A DNA stretch of 64,000 nucleotides from Dipteris shenzhenensis (Eukaryota), in NCBI GenBank assembly GCA_047967505.1, contig CM106538.1. One strand, 5' to 3'. Within the stretch, counting starts at the first letter, position 1. Every line of letters starts with the position of its first letter. The position numbers were made by a program, and so were the translations under genes. Below the pieces are notes generated by a model. That model was given only the letters and a program-made list of their open reading frames with translations, searched no databases and was not told the origin of the DNA. This document shows, piece by piece, positions 47,801 through 62,524 of the stretch.

Positions 47801-50800
47801 CCATGGATAGATGGGAGCAAGTCATTGACCCATCTTGATGGTTTCGATGCATGTCTAGTATAGAAGTTTGTACCTTCTTTGGAAGACTTCAAATGCCAAG
47901 CATTTTGGCTAGTTTTGTTGCACTGTTGCGTCTAATGTATGTTGGTTCAATTGAGGACATATGGTTTGCCAGTTGATTGTATGTGTACTATTTTATAATT
48001 CTGGAGCATTGTCTACTGCTTGTGATTACTACTAACCATTATGGTTTGTGTGCGTGCATATTTGAGGTGGTTGGTGCATGCTTGTTTGTACCATCATGGT
48101 CATGTCTTCCAATGTGATTGGAAGACATTGTCTCTGGGAGGCCTAACATCCTCTCACTTAAAAATGAGGTTCCTTCTAGCAAAGATCTGTACTATGTAGT
48201 TCAAAGAAAGGAGTTATGCTTGTGTTAGTCGTGTAGCTGGTACCTATTGGGAAAGGCAAGATTTTAAAACGAATTCTAGATCTAAAACTACAACTTTAAT
48301 ATGAGCAGTTTCCATTTACAGACATTTCACAAATTGTAATTGTAATTCGCCAAATTTAAATGAAATTTATTTTTCATACATGAAGAGTCTGTGCCGTGAA
48401 AATGTTTACACAGTTCTGTAATTTATTGCCATTTCGGAAATTGTTATTGTAATTACTATTGTTGACACAGTTGTGTAATCTTTTGTTGCAGTGTGGATAA
48501 ATACCATTCTGAATTATTGGCTATCCTATTAATAGAAGTTGTAACAAGTAGTATGAATCATTTTCATTTCCATTTTGGCAGTTAGCAACATTTAAGTTAT
48601 GTTCTAAGTATCCTAAAAAAATAGTTTATTTTTGTTTTAAAGCTCATTTCATGAGTGAAAATACTAAAACGGTAGTTTATGAATTTCTCAATTGTTAAGA
48701 TGTTTATAGTTTGCACATAGTCTCATTAGCCGTAGCAGCCAACAATGGGCACTTTGAGAAACACATGCTCTTGGGGGGTGCACTACTAAGAAACCCTATG
48801 TATCACATGCATTCAAAGGGTATAAAAAAACACCCCTCAACTAAAATTTCTCCCACAATAAAACACTCCTCTTTACTTATGAACTAACTGAATTTTTTCA
48901 AAAGTTGAATTAAAAAACCCCTCTTGTTATTGTAAATCTGTTAAATTTTTCCAAAAAGTTGTATTAAAATACCCCACACTAAATTTTTTAAGGTGAACTC
49001 CCTAAGCACATGCTGCAATAATCTAGCTTTGGACTAGTTCGTCTTCTTTTAACTTGATGATAACATGGAATTTTTGCTTTAAGCAAAATTTTTAGAAAGA
49101 TATGGGGTTGTTTGTTGCACATTGTTGATAGCATGAAATAACATATGAAGGTTGGGGGGGACTTAATGTTAGCAAAGATTGAGCTTCCATGGCTGTGGAA
49201 TTGTTAGTAGAAAGCCATTGGGGAGATTGATCAGAATATATTGTGGATTGCAAGTGCCAAGATGGCTTGCTAAGTCAAGCTGGTATGTTTGCTTATCACT
49301 CTCTTATGGTGGAGTATGGGCAAGAACTAGTGCACTTAATTTGCACCACCATAGGCCTTACATATATAAGGTTGGGAATTGTTATGTCACACAAGTAAAT
49401 CAAACTACTTAATGATCTAAATAATCTCTTGGACGGTATTATTTTCTTATGGGTGACAAGGTGAAAGGGAACTAGGACCCGCACTTGTAAAATTTCAATG
49501 AGTGTGCAAATTAATGAACCAGATGTGAGAATGCCGATTACATAGAGGACTATTTTTGTTGGTGTTATTATGATCAAGTAAGACTATGGAGACAAAGGAA
49601 GGGGGATAAGGTTTGGGGCCTACCATCAATTATAATTGTGCTCACTTTTGTGTTGGCGTTTCCATAAAAAATGTAAAGTTTATCTATACCAATCTGTTGA
49701 TGTGTGTAAAAATGATAGTATGCTTATACAATCATATCTACAAAGGTACGAGGATATCTTGACAGCATGATTGCATAGTCATATCTACAAATATCATGGG
49801 ATTTCTTAGTATGTAAGCCATTCTCATAAATAACTTAAGGCTTAAAACTGTAATGGATTTAGGGGAGTAAAAGATTACAATTTTGGTGATGTCATTTTGC
49901 AGATGGGATCAGACGGTCTAAATGCTTTGTATGAATTGCCCATAGGAAGATACTTTATAATAAATCTTTTCCTTATTCTTGTTGTATATTTTTTCATGGC
50001 ATACCATGTAAGGAATAAATTGCAAGAAAGATTTAGTGGATTATAACTTTGTTTAGCCAAAATGCATGATTTTTTTTATGACATACCATGAAAGAAATGA
50101 ATTGAGAGAAAGATCATAGTGGAGTGTAGCTTTATATAACCACTCCGCATGACTTTGAAAACTTAAGACTTTCAATTGAGCCTTTGAATTATATCATATA
50201 ATTACCGTATTATCTGTAAGAACACCTAGCAAAATGACCCTTCTTGATGAGCGTGCAAAGGTAAACTCAATTGAAGTTAGAGAGAAGAAGTTGAACTGCA
50301 GAAAGAGAAGAAGGAAGGTCATATACAAGCCTTGATATTATGAGATTGCTAGGGCACTAGGGTTTTCTGAGTTCATGAGCATGCACATGCTCTTGTATAA
50401 TCAAGATTGCAGTATGTAGATAGGCAAGTTTCATTGTTGCATGAATTTCAAGCAGGTTATGATATGGATGTAGGTTTCATAAGGTGTACAAGCAAATAGT
50501 TTATGATTTGGTAATGATTTATGTTGTGGTTATATTTTTCATAGCAAGTTTTCCTACAGTTTTCCTAGTAACTCCATAAATGTAACCTAGCATTCATATC
50601 TAGATGGTTTTTCTACATCTACCATTAAAATTAGCAAACAAAAATTAGCCCTTGAGATTATGTGAAATCAATATACTGGATATTGTATTTCACCATTCAA
50701 ATTTGTATTTCACGTGTTCCTAGTTTATGATGCCATGGTGTCAAGTATCATTGACTTCAACTTGCAATCAAGAAATTATGCATCGAATTAATTGTAGTAG

Positions 50801-50999
50801 AGTCCACATTTCAAACTTCATAATTGATGCGAGGTACTGAAGCTTTCACAATAAATATAACACACTATTCAAAATTTTTGGACTTGTGTAAAGTCCAATT
50901 TGAGAAATGGACTAAAAAACAGTCCAAATTTTTTGAATATAGTAGTAATGTTGTTTTTTGAACTAGATTTGACAACTCAAAACAAAAGATTTGGTAATT

Positions 51000-51480
51000 A
51001 AGTACTAAGAACATCAATGTATAACCAAATCTCTTACAAAGGTGGTCTACATAAACATCTTCATAACTTCTTATGAATTGAGCTACTATCACCTAAGAAC
51101 ATCAATAGATAACCAATTCTCTTAGAAAGGTGGTGTAAATAAACACCTTTATGTATAGGTGGTGTGCACACACCTTTATGACCATTTCTTTTTAAAAGGT
51201 GGTGTACATAAACCCCCTAGAAAGGTAGTGTACATAAATCCTTTTATGTGTAAGTGGTGTACATATACACCTCACTTGGTATGAAAAAACACTCTTAACT
51301 ATAAAAATACATTGACATAAAGTTTAAAATACACCATTAAGTATAAAATGGACCTCATAAACAATCTTTATATGCATTAATGAGAGTAAAGAAATAAAAA
51401 AAGTAGTTAACTTTTTATACAATCTGTATACACAATAATGAGAGTAAAGAAATAAAAAAAGTAGTTAACTTTTTATTAGA
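51000..51480. repeat. Cluster of short repeats (aaggtggtgtacataaacacc-like, ~6 copies; 40-bp duplication at 51378 and 51437)
   Basis: Directly visible. Confidence 0.7.
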
Positions 51481-53519
51481 TATTTGCTTTACATAGAAGT
51501 TCAAAACTTGTGAAGTTAAAAACTTGTGATTACAAAGGCGTCAGCCATCATGTTCCTTAGTACCAATGTCCTCAATGCCAAGTCCTTGACTACCAGGGTC
51601 CTCACTAATAGGTTGCCACAAACATCACTCTTTGTCCTATGGTGTTTAAGAGACTTTAAGAAGATGATCCTACATTTCCTGATGTCACATTTCAAAAGTG
51701 CGTGGACTTTCTTGATGCTTTTGAGAGCTTTAGAAGGAGTGACTTTGTTCGTGGAGAGGCTTTGTACCAAAGCCGATATGGGACTGACATCGAGAAGAGA
51801 TACATGCTGGCAAAGAATAGATTCTTGGAAAGATGCAGGTTTGAGCCCATTGATGGGCAACACTTTTGTGAAGCTTGCAGGATCGCCCTTGATGAGGGAA
51901 GAAGGGGGGGTTATAATCCCCCCCTCCTCTCCTTCGCCTCCTCTCCTCCGCCTCCTGCCTCCCTCCTCTCCTCCACCTCCCTACCTCTCCCTATGGTGGG
52001 TTTCTTGTGGTGGGTCTCTATGGGAACACCAAATGGTATAGAGTGGATGGTGGTAAAAGTCAGCACGTTGAGGGAAGACTACTGATTTGGGATCAGTGTG
52101 GGTTTTTAACTATAAGTTAGCTCATTAATTGGCCTACCAGTCAATCCAAACATTTGGATTCTGCTCAAACATTTGGTCTGTGTTGCTTGATTGGGAATCA
52201 GTTTCTCAAAAATAGGGTACAAGCAGAGTCTGCGAGATTAAAGAGTAAACCTCCAATCATCTTCTTACAAGGTAAATCCAAGATCTTCCCTTCATAACCA
52301 TAGCTCTTCGACCACTTGGGTTACTCACAAATGTCATGGTTCCTTGGTTTCCACATTCACATAAACCAACTAATTTAAACTTTAAGGGCTCATAAATTTT
52401 GATGTATAACTCAAAATCAATTCGGCAAAAGAGAGAAAATACTTAGAATTTACTATTTTTTCTAATTGTGTGTTTGATTTGGGTCTTTGGAAAATCATAA
52501 ATGTTAATTTCAATTCTGCAAGGGTTTTCGGAGTGCATATGCAAAGTTGTATTTGTGCATAGGCATAAGCTAAAGGGGGGATTACCAAGCATAAAGGGTT
52601 TGTTCTTTATCTAAATCTAGAAGTTGGAAATTCATTGAAAAGGTAAAAATGAAAAAATGAGTAACATAAGAGCTAGCATGCGTACACTACATTTATGGGT
52701 AGTAAACATTCCCTGCTCCCGGATCTCATAGTGAGTTGATTTTGTTCGTTGGAAAGTTTAATTATTACAAATATATGAAGGCCTGCAGCACAAAGGGCAG
52801 GCTGGAGAAAGAGAAAAAATAGTAGCTCCAGGATCACCTGGGGGCCCAAAACAAAGGGAAAAAGGCCCTCAGGTGGTTCAAACCAGGTCCGGGGAGTAGG
52901 GGCAAGAGAGGCAGCAGGGGGAAGACAGAAGGGGGGCGGAGGCCACAAGCCGATCGGCAGTGAGGAAGGAAGGCAGGGGGAGGTGCTGCAAAAAAGGAGG
53001 CTAGGGGGAAGCCATGATGGGGGAGGCGGAAGGGGCAGAGGCAGGGTGGGCAGAGAGGAAAACAGTTTTTTTGGGGGGGGGGCAGCACGAAAGGCAACGA
53101 GGGGCACTGATGGAGGTGGAGGGAGGGCATGAGGGGGCTGGGCGGGGGGCTGTTAAGGGAGAGGCTAGGGAGCAGCAGAGTGTGCCGCATTTGATGCCAA
53201 AAAACCTTTTAGGAACAGAGACCTGACTTATCCAGTGGATATTGCAATTGCCTTGCTTGCTTTCCATGAAAAACACAGATTTTTAGTGACTGCCGATTGT
53301 ATGTAGGCTTTCTACAATTCCTCTTCTCTGTATCTCACATAACATATCCATGTGCAGATGCCACAACTTGGTGGATTTGGTGTTGGTTTGAGCAGTCGAA
53401 GCCGATTCTTCTTGTGCAACACTTTCTTGTTCTTCTCTAAGGTGCCTACACCTAATGACCAAACTCTACCTTCATTTTCCTTGTAGAAAGAAGATTTCTA
53501 TACAGTTTAGGAACAAAAA

Positions 53520-54560
53520 GAACATATAATATACTTTGAATGGTCCACAATACCTAGGAGACAACTTCGGACATTTTCTTGTCTTTAGAGATTTTGAAAT
53601 TTCAGGTACCTTAAGGTAGACTTTCTCATTTACTTCAAACTCCAACTTTCTATGGTGGGGGTTTGCATAACTTCGTGCTCTATCATGAGCTCTTCTTATG
53701 CTATCTTTAGCTAACTTAAGCGTTTGATTCATATCCTCAAGAAAGTCTTTGGCCGATTGAACCTTCTCTTTTAAGAGTCCCACTATCATTGGGGCTCTTG
53801 GTTGAAATCCATACATCATCATGAATGGACTAAAACCTGTAGCTGAATGTTTGGCACTGTTATATGCAATTTCTAATATGGGCAGATATTGTTCCCAATT
53901 AGTTTGCCGTTTACTTACATATGCTCGAAGCATATCCTGAATGATCTGATTGACCCTTTCAGTTTGACCATCACTCTGTGGATGATCTGCGATGCTCATA
54001 TTCAATGAAGTTTCTAATCTCTTAAACACAGCCCTTCAAAAATGGCTGTTAAATTTCCTATCCCGGTCACTAATGATACTAGCTGGTAGCCCATACAATC
54101 TATAGATATGATCCACAAATAGCCTAGCTAATTCTGGAGTTTTAACATCTTCACTGACAGGAATAAAATGAGCCATCTTGGTCAACCAATCCACAATTAA
54201 CCGCACTGAGTTGTGCCCCATCTGTGTCCTAGGTAATCCCACAATGAAATCCATGGAGATGCTTTCCCATTTGCCAGATGGAATCTCCAATGGGTGTAGG
54301 AGACCTCCTACCTTAAGGCGTTCAGCCTTATTGACCTAGCATTTTTGGCACTTCAATACATATTCTTGGACGTCCTTACCTATTCCAGGCCAAAAGAATT
54401 GTCTTTTCAGAAGCACATATGTCTTCTGTATTCCCAGGTGTGCAGCACTTGGACTATCATGACATTCAAAAAGAATTTGGTGCCTAATGTCATTATTATC
54501 CGGGACACATACTCTACCCTTGTAGAGCAAGTAGCCATCCTTAATAGTATAACTTTTCCA
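53520..54560 (-). pseudogene. Ty3/Gypsy (chromovirus-type) integrase remnant
   Basis: GRVCVP; HHCC (CHDSPSAAH...KCQKC); SMDFIVGLP; SDRD; HPQSDGQTERVNQ; KLSPRYCGPF. Confidence 0.9.
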
Positions 54561-54922
54561 CTTAAGTCCTTTATCACCAACCTGTGGTGTGTCGCCATTT
54601 CCATGCGACTCCTTAGTGAAAGCCTCTCAATTAGTTGGATCCCTATTTCTAATTACTTTCCATATTTCAAAGAAGTGAGGATCAAACTCACATTTCCCCT
54701 TTAAGGACTCTATAACGGCGGAGTGACAGCTCCATAAATGAAACATTTGTTGCTCATTTATATCTAGGGACTAAACAATCATACGAGTTGCATCTCAAGG
54801 TGGGATCTTAGGTTGCCTAAGAATAAAATAGTAGGTTTTATTTATAACTCAATGATGTTTAGGTGAATTTCAAAGTGGATGTAGGTTAAGCCTTAGAATT
54901 GCTCATTTCTCCTAACATTGCA

Positions 54923-54927
<5 letters not shown>

Positions 54928-54964
<37 letters not shown>

Positions 54965-55065
54965 TAAATAATAATAATAATAATAGTAATAATGATAGTC
55001 ATAATAATAATAAATAAATGTAAATATAAATATAGCTATATATATATATATATATATATTATATA
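54928..55065. repeat. (CT)n, (AAT)n and (TA)n microsatellites
   Basis: Directly visible. Confidence 0.9.
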
Positions 55066-55269
55066 TGGTTTACAACATATTAACCATGGATAAAATCATC
55101 ACATTCCTCCTTTCGAGCAAAACCATATACTTTGTCGAATTCCTCCTTTCAAGAAAACCTTATACTTTTGGTTTCAAAGTGCATCATGTTTCAAACGAGA
55201 TACTAAAAACTATATGTCTATGTATTGTGATACCTGACTACATGGTAGAAGATGTAATAAACATATAGG

Positions 55270-55625
55270 ACCTTAGTACCTTACTGCCCTTTAGGCCTTA
55301 ACATTGCACTCCATATTGATGCAAGCACTGTCGAGCCCTCTGGTTTTCCGCTTCACCGTAACCACACCAGATGATACCGGGATTATGGCTGATGTAACAT
55401 TCCCTTCCCCTTAAGAATGGTTTACATCCTCGAAAACAAAATTGGGAAACCTCCTCTAGAGACTGCTTACCCTTTTCCATGTTGAGCTCTCTTCAAATCT
55501 ATCTTTCCACTTAACCAAACATTCTTGCCATATAGTATGTTGTGTTCTTTTTTCTTGTTTATCTAAAATTATTTATGATTCGTGTGGTAAAGATGCAGGT
55601 TTAATGAGTTCAACTAGGACGTTTA
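55270..55625 (-). mobile_element. Chromovirus 3' end: chromodomain remnant, PPT and start of the 3' LTR
   Basis: IILDKQEKRT...ECLVKWKD..EESSTW. Minus-strand AAGGGGAAGGGAA is followed by TGTTAC at 55399. Confidence 0.7.
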
Positions 55626-57164
55626 TCGAAGTACAGTCTCTCCTCACCAAGGGCACACTGCAAGGGCACACTGATCCATAGAGATGGCATATTGCTTCGC
55701 ACCATCCTTGACCATCACCTCAAGGAAGCAGCCCAATTCCTATCCATAATCTTGGGAATTAAGTACGGCAAAGATCGCTCCCTTCCACTCCGCACATTTG
55801 TTTTGCTGAGTAGGAAGCTAAAACAAGATTGGGTCCAGCACTTCGTCATTTTCTTTACCAAGAAACTCGATGGTTCTTCGGGCCAAAAATGTAAAATTCC
55901 ACACTTATTGGCTATAATCATCAAAAAAGAACTACAAGAAAGAGAAATGACTCTGCCCCAGTCACCAAAACCAATTGAGGAGTTGGACATACCCTTCTCA
56001 CTAGTATGGGAGCCATCACCAACTTCTCTAACTATCACATTGATAAGTGTAGATGCCTTAGCAGAAGTACCTATTCTGGAGGTCGGGACTACGACATTGC
56101 CCCACGAGATGCTACAGCTCGGTGCACAACTGCAACCAATAAGTCTCCACCAATAGCACCAACCTGAGCTCGAGACAAGGTCAGCACTCGAACTGGAGGA
56201 AAGATCGGCACCAGAGCCTAAGACTACATCAGCACTCGAACTGCCCATCGACGCCATGCCAGTCGAGGAGCCACAAGGCGAGCTAGTGCCAGATCTAGTG
56301 CCAGATCAGCAGTACGACTATTGTACACAAGGGACTGGAATGCCATTGGAACAACCTCCCCCAAGTGCTATAGAATCATCAGGATGGCTACATGGGCACC
56401 ACTTGTATCAGCAATATCGCCAGACCTCATCACCGTCTGTCATTCTCCAACATCAAGCTAGCCAAATGATCCAAATGTCAGAACTATTCACTAGCTTGGC
56501 CAAGGAAGAATATGCACATTGCAAGTCGTCGTAGATCGTTGCATATCCAAGGGCACCACATTTCTTCTAGAAAAGATCTTCTATACATTTTCTATAGTGC
56601 TTTACATACTCCCTTGTCATATTTTATCTAGCTTCTCGACTGGCTACTGCATAGAGTACACTGGAGTCAGGTTGAGCGACTATGCTAACGCATAATGTTG
56701 ATGGTGTCGACTATGATTTCTTTGCAAGCTTTATGTATATTTTTTGAGTCGTAGACATCTATTGGTTACCACTTATTCTGACGCAAGAGTACACGTGAAA
56801 TAAAATGACTTCTCTGATTTATCCTACTTCGGAGCTTGGCATACACTAGCTGCTTCTCATATTAGTGACCAGTTGGAATTACTACAAGCTACTACCATTT
56901 GGACCCTACGTACTTCTCAATAACGACACTACTAGTTGCTTCAAGGGGATCCCAAATCAGAAATCCATTGGCACATTTCTTCATGTATCATTTTATGCAG
57001 TATCACGTTTAGTAGTTATTTCTACAATCGATGGACGTCACGACATGATTGAAGGATGGCCTTGCTCCTTTTTCTACATAAATGAATGATGTTGCAGTTA
57101 TAAGAACCTGCGACACTCTTTATGCCATCCCCAATATACCAGCTCTCCATGCTGTTTATCTCCA

Positions 57165-58575
57165 TGCCGATTTGAAGGAATCAAAATTTTGATGGAGGCA
57201 AGCAAGGACGACTTCAGCAAGTTGGAGAAGTCTGCATGGCAGCTTGTAGTCCGACTCTATTTCATGGAGAAAGGTCTTTGGCAAGTGTTTGTAGAGGCAT
57301 AGAGAAGAAGCCGAGCAACAACCAAGGGAGCGAGAAGATCTAGCTATGGGAAGCAAAGAGCGATGAGGCCCTAGGCATCCTTGGAAGAACCTTGGGAAGC
57401 AGATACAACTACCATCTCGATTTGACAAAGCTGGCAAGCAAGAATTGGATAGCCTTGGAGACAATCTTTGGTCCAAGACTGAAGAACTCAAAGGTAATGC
57501 TCAAGCAGGAGTTTTTTTGCCCTAAAGTTGATTAGAGACATCAAGCTAGGTGAGCATCTCCATGAGCCCTGTTCTATCACCAAGCAATTGATAGATCTTG
57601 AAGTTCGAGTAGATGATGATGATTCAAAGGCTATACTTCTTTCTAGTCTTTCCTGTGCCTATGATGAGATTGTAAAAGTGCTTTGCATTAGCAGTGATAT
57701 GAGTCTCAACGAGATGATATCCACTTTGCTAGATGAAGACAAGAGACAAGAAACTCAACCTTATGAGAAGGCCTATCTATTTAAGGGCAAGTTTCAACAG
57801 TTTCATTGTAGTTATTGTGGCAAGAACAATCATTCAGAGAAGTTTTGCAATGAGAAGAAGAAAAACATGACAAATCTGGTTGAAGAGAGAACTCCATCAA
57901 CAAATGAAGAATCAAACTTTGTGGTAGAAGATAAAGACTATGCTTTTTGAGCACTTTGTCCTTTGAAATTTTATTTACCATCACTTGGTCAATTTTGAGG
58001 TTCTTTGCCTGGAGTAGTACTCCAAAAAGAATGTTATGTGTTTTTTCTTTTGTAAATCACCTCAGGTCACCATATGATGTAGGCTATGTGATATGTGTTT
58101 GGTGTATCCCATTTTTGTAAACCTTGACCCTTGGGCATCTTTGCTAGCATGAGATCCTAGCCATAGATTTATTCTTGACCATCATGAGATGGCATGAGAA
58201 ACTATGTGACTAGATGTATCCTTGACATAGCAAGAGGCAAACTCTTGAGGGGGGATATGCTAGGATAAATGTGATCAAGGGCTTGCTCTAAGGTGCATGT
58301 GTGCATCTAGAAGAGTCAGTGTGTGTGTAGTAGAAGCACACCTAGTGCTATGAGGTGTCAGACCATGAGCTAAGTGATGATGTAAGTACAAGGCCCCCCC
58401 CACATGGGAGGTTCCTTTGATTTAGGTAGTTCCTATGATGTAGGGGCTGATTGCCACTGATGTAGGGGAGGTGCCTATGATCTAGGACACCTTCCTCTCC
58501 ACTTTATATAAGGGAGGTTCTCCCTTCATTTCAATACACATCATTTTGGATTCAGTTGTGCTCTTCCCTTGTTTC
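57165..58575 (+). mobile_element. Family B Copia-derived gag-only element: gag remnant, PPT and 3' LTR from 58258
   Basis: Gag LYFMEKGLW, DDDSKAILLSSL..YD and CSYCGKNNHSEKFC, with stop at 57950. PPT GAGGGGGGA at 58247-58255. The LTR matches 32999-33300. Confidence 0.78.
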
Positions 58576-61500
58576 ATCATGAATCTCTTAAAAAACATAT
58601 GAAACTTTTAGTCAATTTCGGTCTCAAAATTGTAGCTCCTCGCAGGTTTTATTGATTCCAATCCTTTGGCAATGGACCTCAATTATAAACAAAAAAAGCA
58701 TATCCACACATGATTGGTTCATTGTGCCAAGTCACTATAGTCTATATTGATTATTTCACCCAAGCCAAGAAATTTTTTTCTTCAAAAATCTAATGATTTA
58801 TCTGCATTGTAAAATTTTTCATTTTACATATAAGGTTATGGAGAATGCCACTAGTGCCTTTCTCTATATCCTCATTGGGAGGAGAGAATACTACTAGTGC
58901 CTCCCCCCATGTCCCAAAAGAAATGTACAATGCATGATCTGAAAGCATAGATATTGTATTACTTTGGTCCAATAGATTTGTAAAAGGCACCCAAATCCAA
59001 ACTTTGGTAGCATAGTTAATACTATACAATTTTTAATCTCTGTAATGCTTTCAACTAACATAGATTCAAGAAAGGAACATAATAGTATTACCATTTCTAC
59101 ATAACCACAAAGAGAGAATGGCACTAGTGCCATTCTCCATATGAGGTCACATAAAATGCTAATAGTACCTCTTACGTATAACTCGACATAGGGAGAATGA
59201 CACTAGTACCATTCCCCATGTCATTATGTCACACAATTTTATCATACCTAATGTTTAATCTCTTTAATATAATGAGAGTATGTGCAATCAAGAGAATCCA
59301 TAAAAGTCATATTATTTTGAAACTGAATACACAAGGCATAAATGAGTAGCTAAAGACCTTGCTCCAAATCTTCCAATGTAATCTTTGGGATAGCTTCAAG
59401 GTCTGCTTCAGTTAAAGGTCATAAGTCTTCAATGTGATGCTCACCCTCTTTAATTCCTTCATCGATAGGTGAATCAGCTCTATGTGTTTCAAGAGGCCTC
59501 TTAGTGCTAGACCAAATCTTAATATGGGGATTATTTGATGCATGTGCCACACACATAGCCTCGATCTATGTCACCTGTTGGGATGTCTTCACCAGTGAGA
59601 TCACTTTTCTTTTGCTTGACAATGCTTGTAATGCCACACATCCATTAGTAAAGACGTTAACAACAACTTCATGTTCCCTACTACAATAGCACCTGATGCA
59701 CTCCTTGATGATGCCATGCTTCACAACCACCTCTTTTTCATACTCATCATCCTCATCGGAATAAAGAATATTGTCCTCAATTATTGTGTATGGCCTTGTG
59801 TTTTCTAACATGTGCTCAAATCCATCAAACCGAGGCAGTCGATAGAGCGAGCGAGGAAAAGCGAGCGGGCCCAAAAAAGCGAGCGAGCTTTTCTACAATT
59901 TCCTTATCGAGGTACTCAACATAGCTTTGTGGAAACCACTATTTGGGAAGATTCTCGAAAATAAAACTTATGTTACTATGTGTAACTATACCAATATTGC
60001 GAATTATAGTCTACCTTAACTTCCAATTGGAGCCATACTCACATTATGCAACAATAATATGTGGGTTTGAAAGAAACCAAATTTCCACTCCAAAGCGGAT
60101 TCCATTACTGATACAACAAATCTTTTGCATTTGAAATGGGTCTTATTATCAAACTCCTTCATTAATCAAAACAAATGTGTTGCTTGATATGTTGAACTTA
60201 GTAACGTAAACATCACTTCACCCATATGCGGGGAAAAAAAATTGTCTGTAGACTTCATAGCATGGGATTGCATCAACACTTATAACATTCAAAATGGTTC
60301 TTCTTATTAAAAGTGTTATCAACCATGAAAGAAAATGTTTAAAAATAGTTCACCCGTATGTTGAAAAACCCAAGTGTCATTTATGACATTCAAAATTGTT
60401 CTTGCAACCATCCTGTAGTTCCTAGAGATTTTGCCCATACTTCCAACCCCTTCCCTTCAACCACTAAGAGGTATCTAATAGTTTTATAGAACACTTGAGA
60501 TATCATCACCTCCTAATACAAAACCATTATTACTATTTGTAGAACACTTGAGATATCATCACCTCTTAATACAAGACCATTCTTACTATTTGTAGAACAG
60601 AAATTATAATGTGCCTCCCAACTCTTATGCATTCCAGCTCCTCATGTTTGACAAGAATGCAAACAATAATGAAATCACATTATCTTTAGTTTCAAAGTAA
60701 GCAAAGCACCAAAAATAAATACAAACATATTGGATGAGGAATAAATAGGTATAGATATAGATAGACCTATATATATGCATTCATAGATATAATGATGATT
60801 AAAGTTGGATGGTCGTAATAATATTATGTGTACTATCATTGGGAATAGGACTACTATTGGAAATATTGTATGTAGTAGTAGGAGAACTACCATTAAGGAA
60901 CACTCAAATAAAATTACTAATGGTGGTGATAAAACTACCACTAGTAGTTTGGTAATTACCCCTAACATCTACAACAAATATTTGATGGGTAGCTAGTATT
61001 AGGTCAAAAGGCCCCAATTGTGCTATTATAATGGACTAAAAAAGGGAGTGCTATAGCATCACCTAAGGGTCACGTTTTATCCATGAAAGAAACAAGTTGG
61101 TGCAACCTAGGTCATACAGATCTAGGTCATGTGGAGTGGTTCGCATCTCTTTCCTTGACAAAAAAGTTACACTACCTTTGATAGTAACTACAAAGATTGC
61201 TGCCATAGTGCCGTAGAGTAGCCCCTAGGTTGCACCATCATCCTTTTTTGCTTTTGAGCCATTAAGTTTGATCCACTGATTTTATGTAGAATTATTCTAC
61301 TATATGTTCACATGTCCTTAATAGGATCCTGATATAATCCCTTCCATTGTAAGTACTTTTACTTTAAGTTTCACATATCCTTAACAAACCACTAGACTTC
61401 AACACAGATTCATTCTTATGTTTCAAGCCTCAAACTCAAACACCCTTGTAAAAGGGATAATGTATTAAAGCTACATTCAATCCATCAAATCTTTGAATAA

Positions 61501-61737
61501 TAGTTCTATTGAAAATTCATGTATCATCAATAGGATTTCATCCATTATATGTTCATTTGTCTTTAATAGTATGTCTAAAAATTCATGTATCTTCAATATT
61601 ATTTCTCTCATGTGTTCCAATATCTTCAAAAGGATACCTTTATTTATGTCCAAACTTGAGCATTGATTTGTATTTATCAAACACAATTTCACTCCACCTA
61701 TTCTTTAAAATGAAATTTTTTTGCCAAAAGTGGGGCA

Positions 61738-62100
61738 TTAACTATCCATTCTAGAAGTTCAAGATGAAGACCATCCTAAGCGCATATGAGCTTTGGGATA
61801 CTGCTACCGGGGTGGACGTGAAGCCGGTTGCGATACCGAATCCAGCCAATACAGGACAACAGATAGTATCAGCTACGGATGAGATTCTCGCGTGGACAAG
61901 AAGAAATGCAGATGTGTGTCTTCTGTTGTCTGCAGTGTAAGTGATTCTGTCATGGCGTTAATTCAACATGTCACCACAGTGGAGGATGCATGGACGGTCT
62001 TGAAAAATCAGTACGAGATCACGAATAAGACATGGATTCAAAATCTGGAGACTCAACTCATGAACGAGAAACTGTCTGAGTCTGAAACGACAGAGAATGT
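61738..62100 (+). pseudogene. Copia family A gag fragment
   Basis: NYPF*KFKMKTILSAYELWDTATG matches the reverse complement of 13820-13995, then continues SVSDSVMALIQHVTTVEDAWTVLKNQYE. Confidence 0.8.
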
Positions 62101-62524
62101 AAGGTCTTTCCACATATTCTTAAGAATGAAAATTTTGGCCTTATGTTGGCAAGTCTATGGAATGAGGTAAGGCCAAAGTCTCTGGTACGGTGCATTAGGT
62201 CTTGATTAATTCTTCTTTAGGCTTAAATATTTAATGCATTAACTTCACGACTATTATTTATGCTTGAACTTGTAATGTATTAATTTCATGACTTAGGATT
62301 TTATGAAGTTATATCTAAAATGTCCCAAATTTAATGGAAATTAATATCCTACATAACACAACAAAGTATTATCATATCCTTTCCCAAAATCAATGCTACC
62401 TAGCAACTCTCCTGGCATTTTCACTGCCTTGCATTTGAGTTAGCTATGATGAAAAATGTTGCCTGCCTTTGGAATCTCTTAGAGTTACCGTTAGCATGAT
62501 CTAATTTCATGTACCCCAAAACTT

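Noticed and set aside
48765-49012. CACTACTAAGAAA terminus at 48781, or a small MITE with weak inverted ends
   Set aside because: No matching partner terminus or TSD, and the inverted match is weak.
55650-57150. Possible LINE or accessory ORF remnant
   Set aside because: Looks coding-like, but I recognised no motif in any frame.
32999-58575. Family B LTRs as one 25-kb element enclosing the ERF gene
   Set aside because: Each LTR has its own gag, and the LTRs are clearly diverged.
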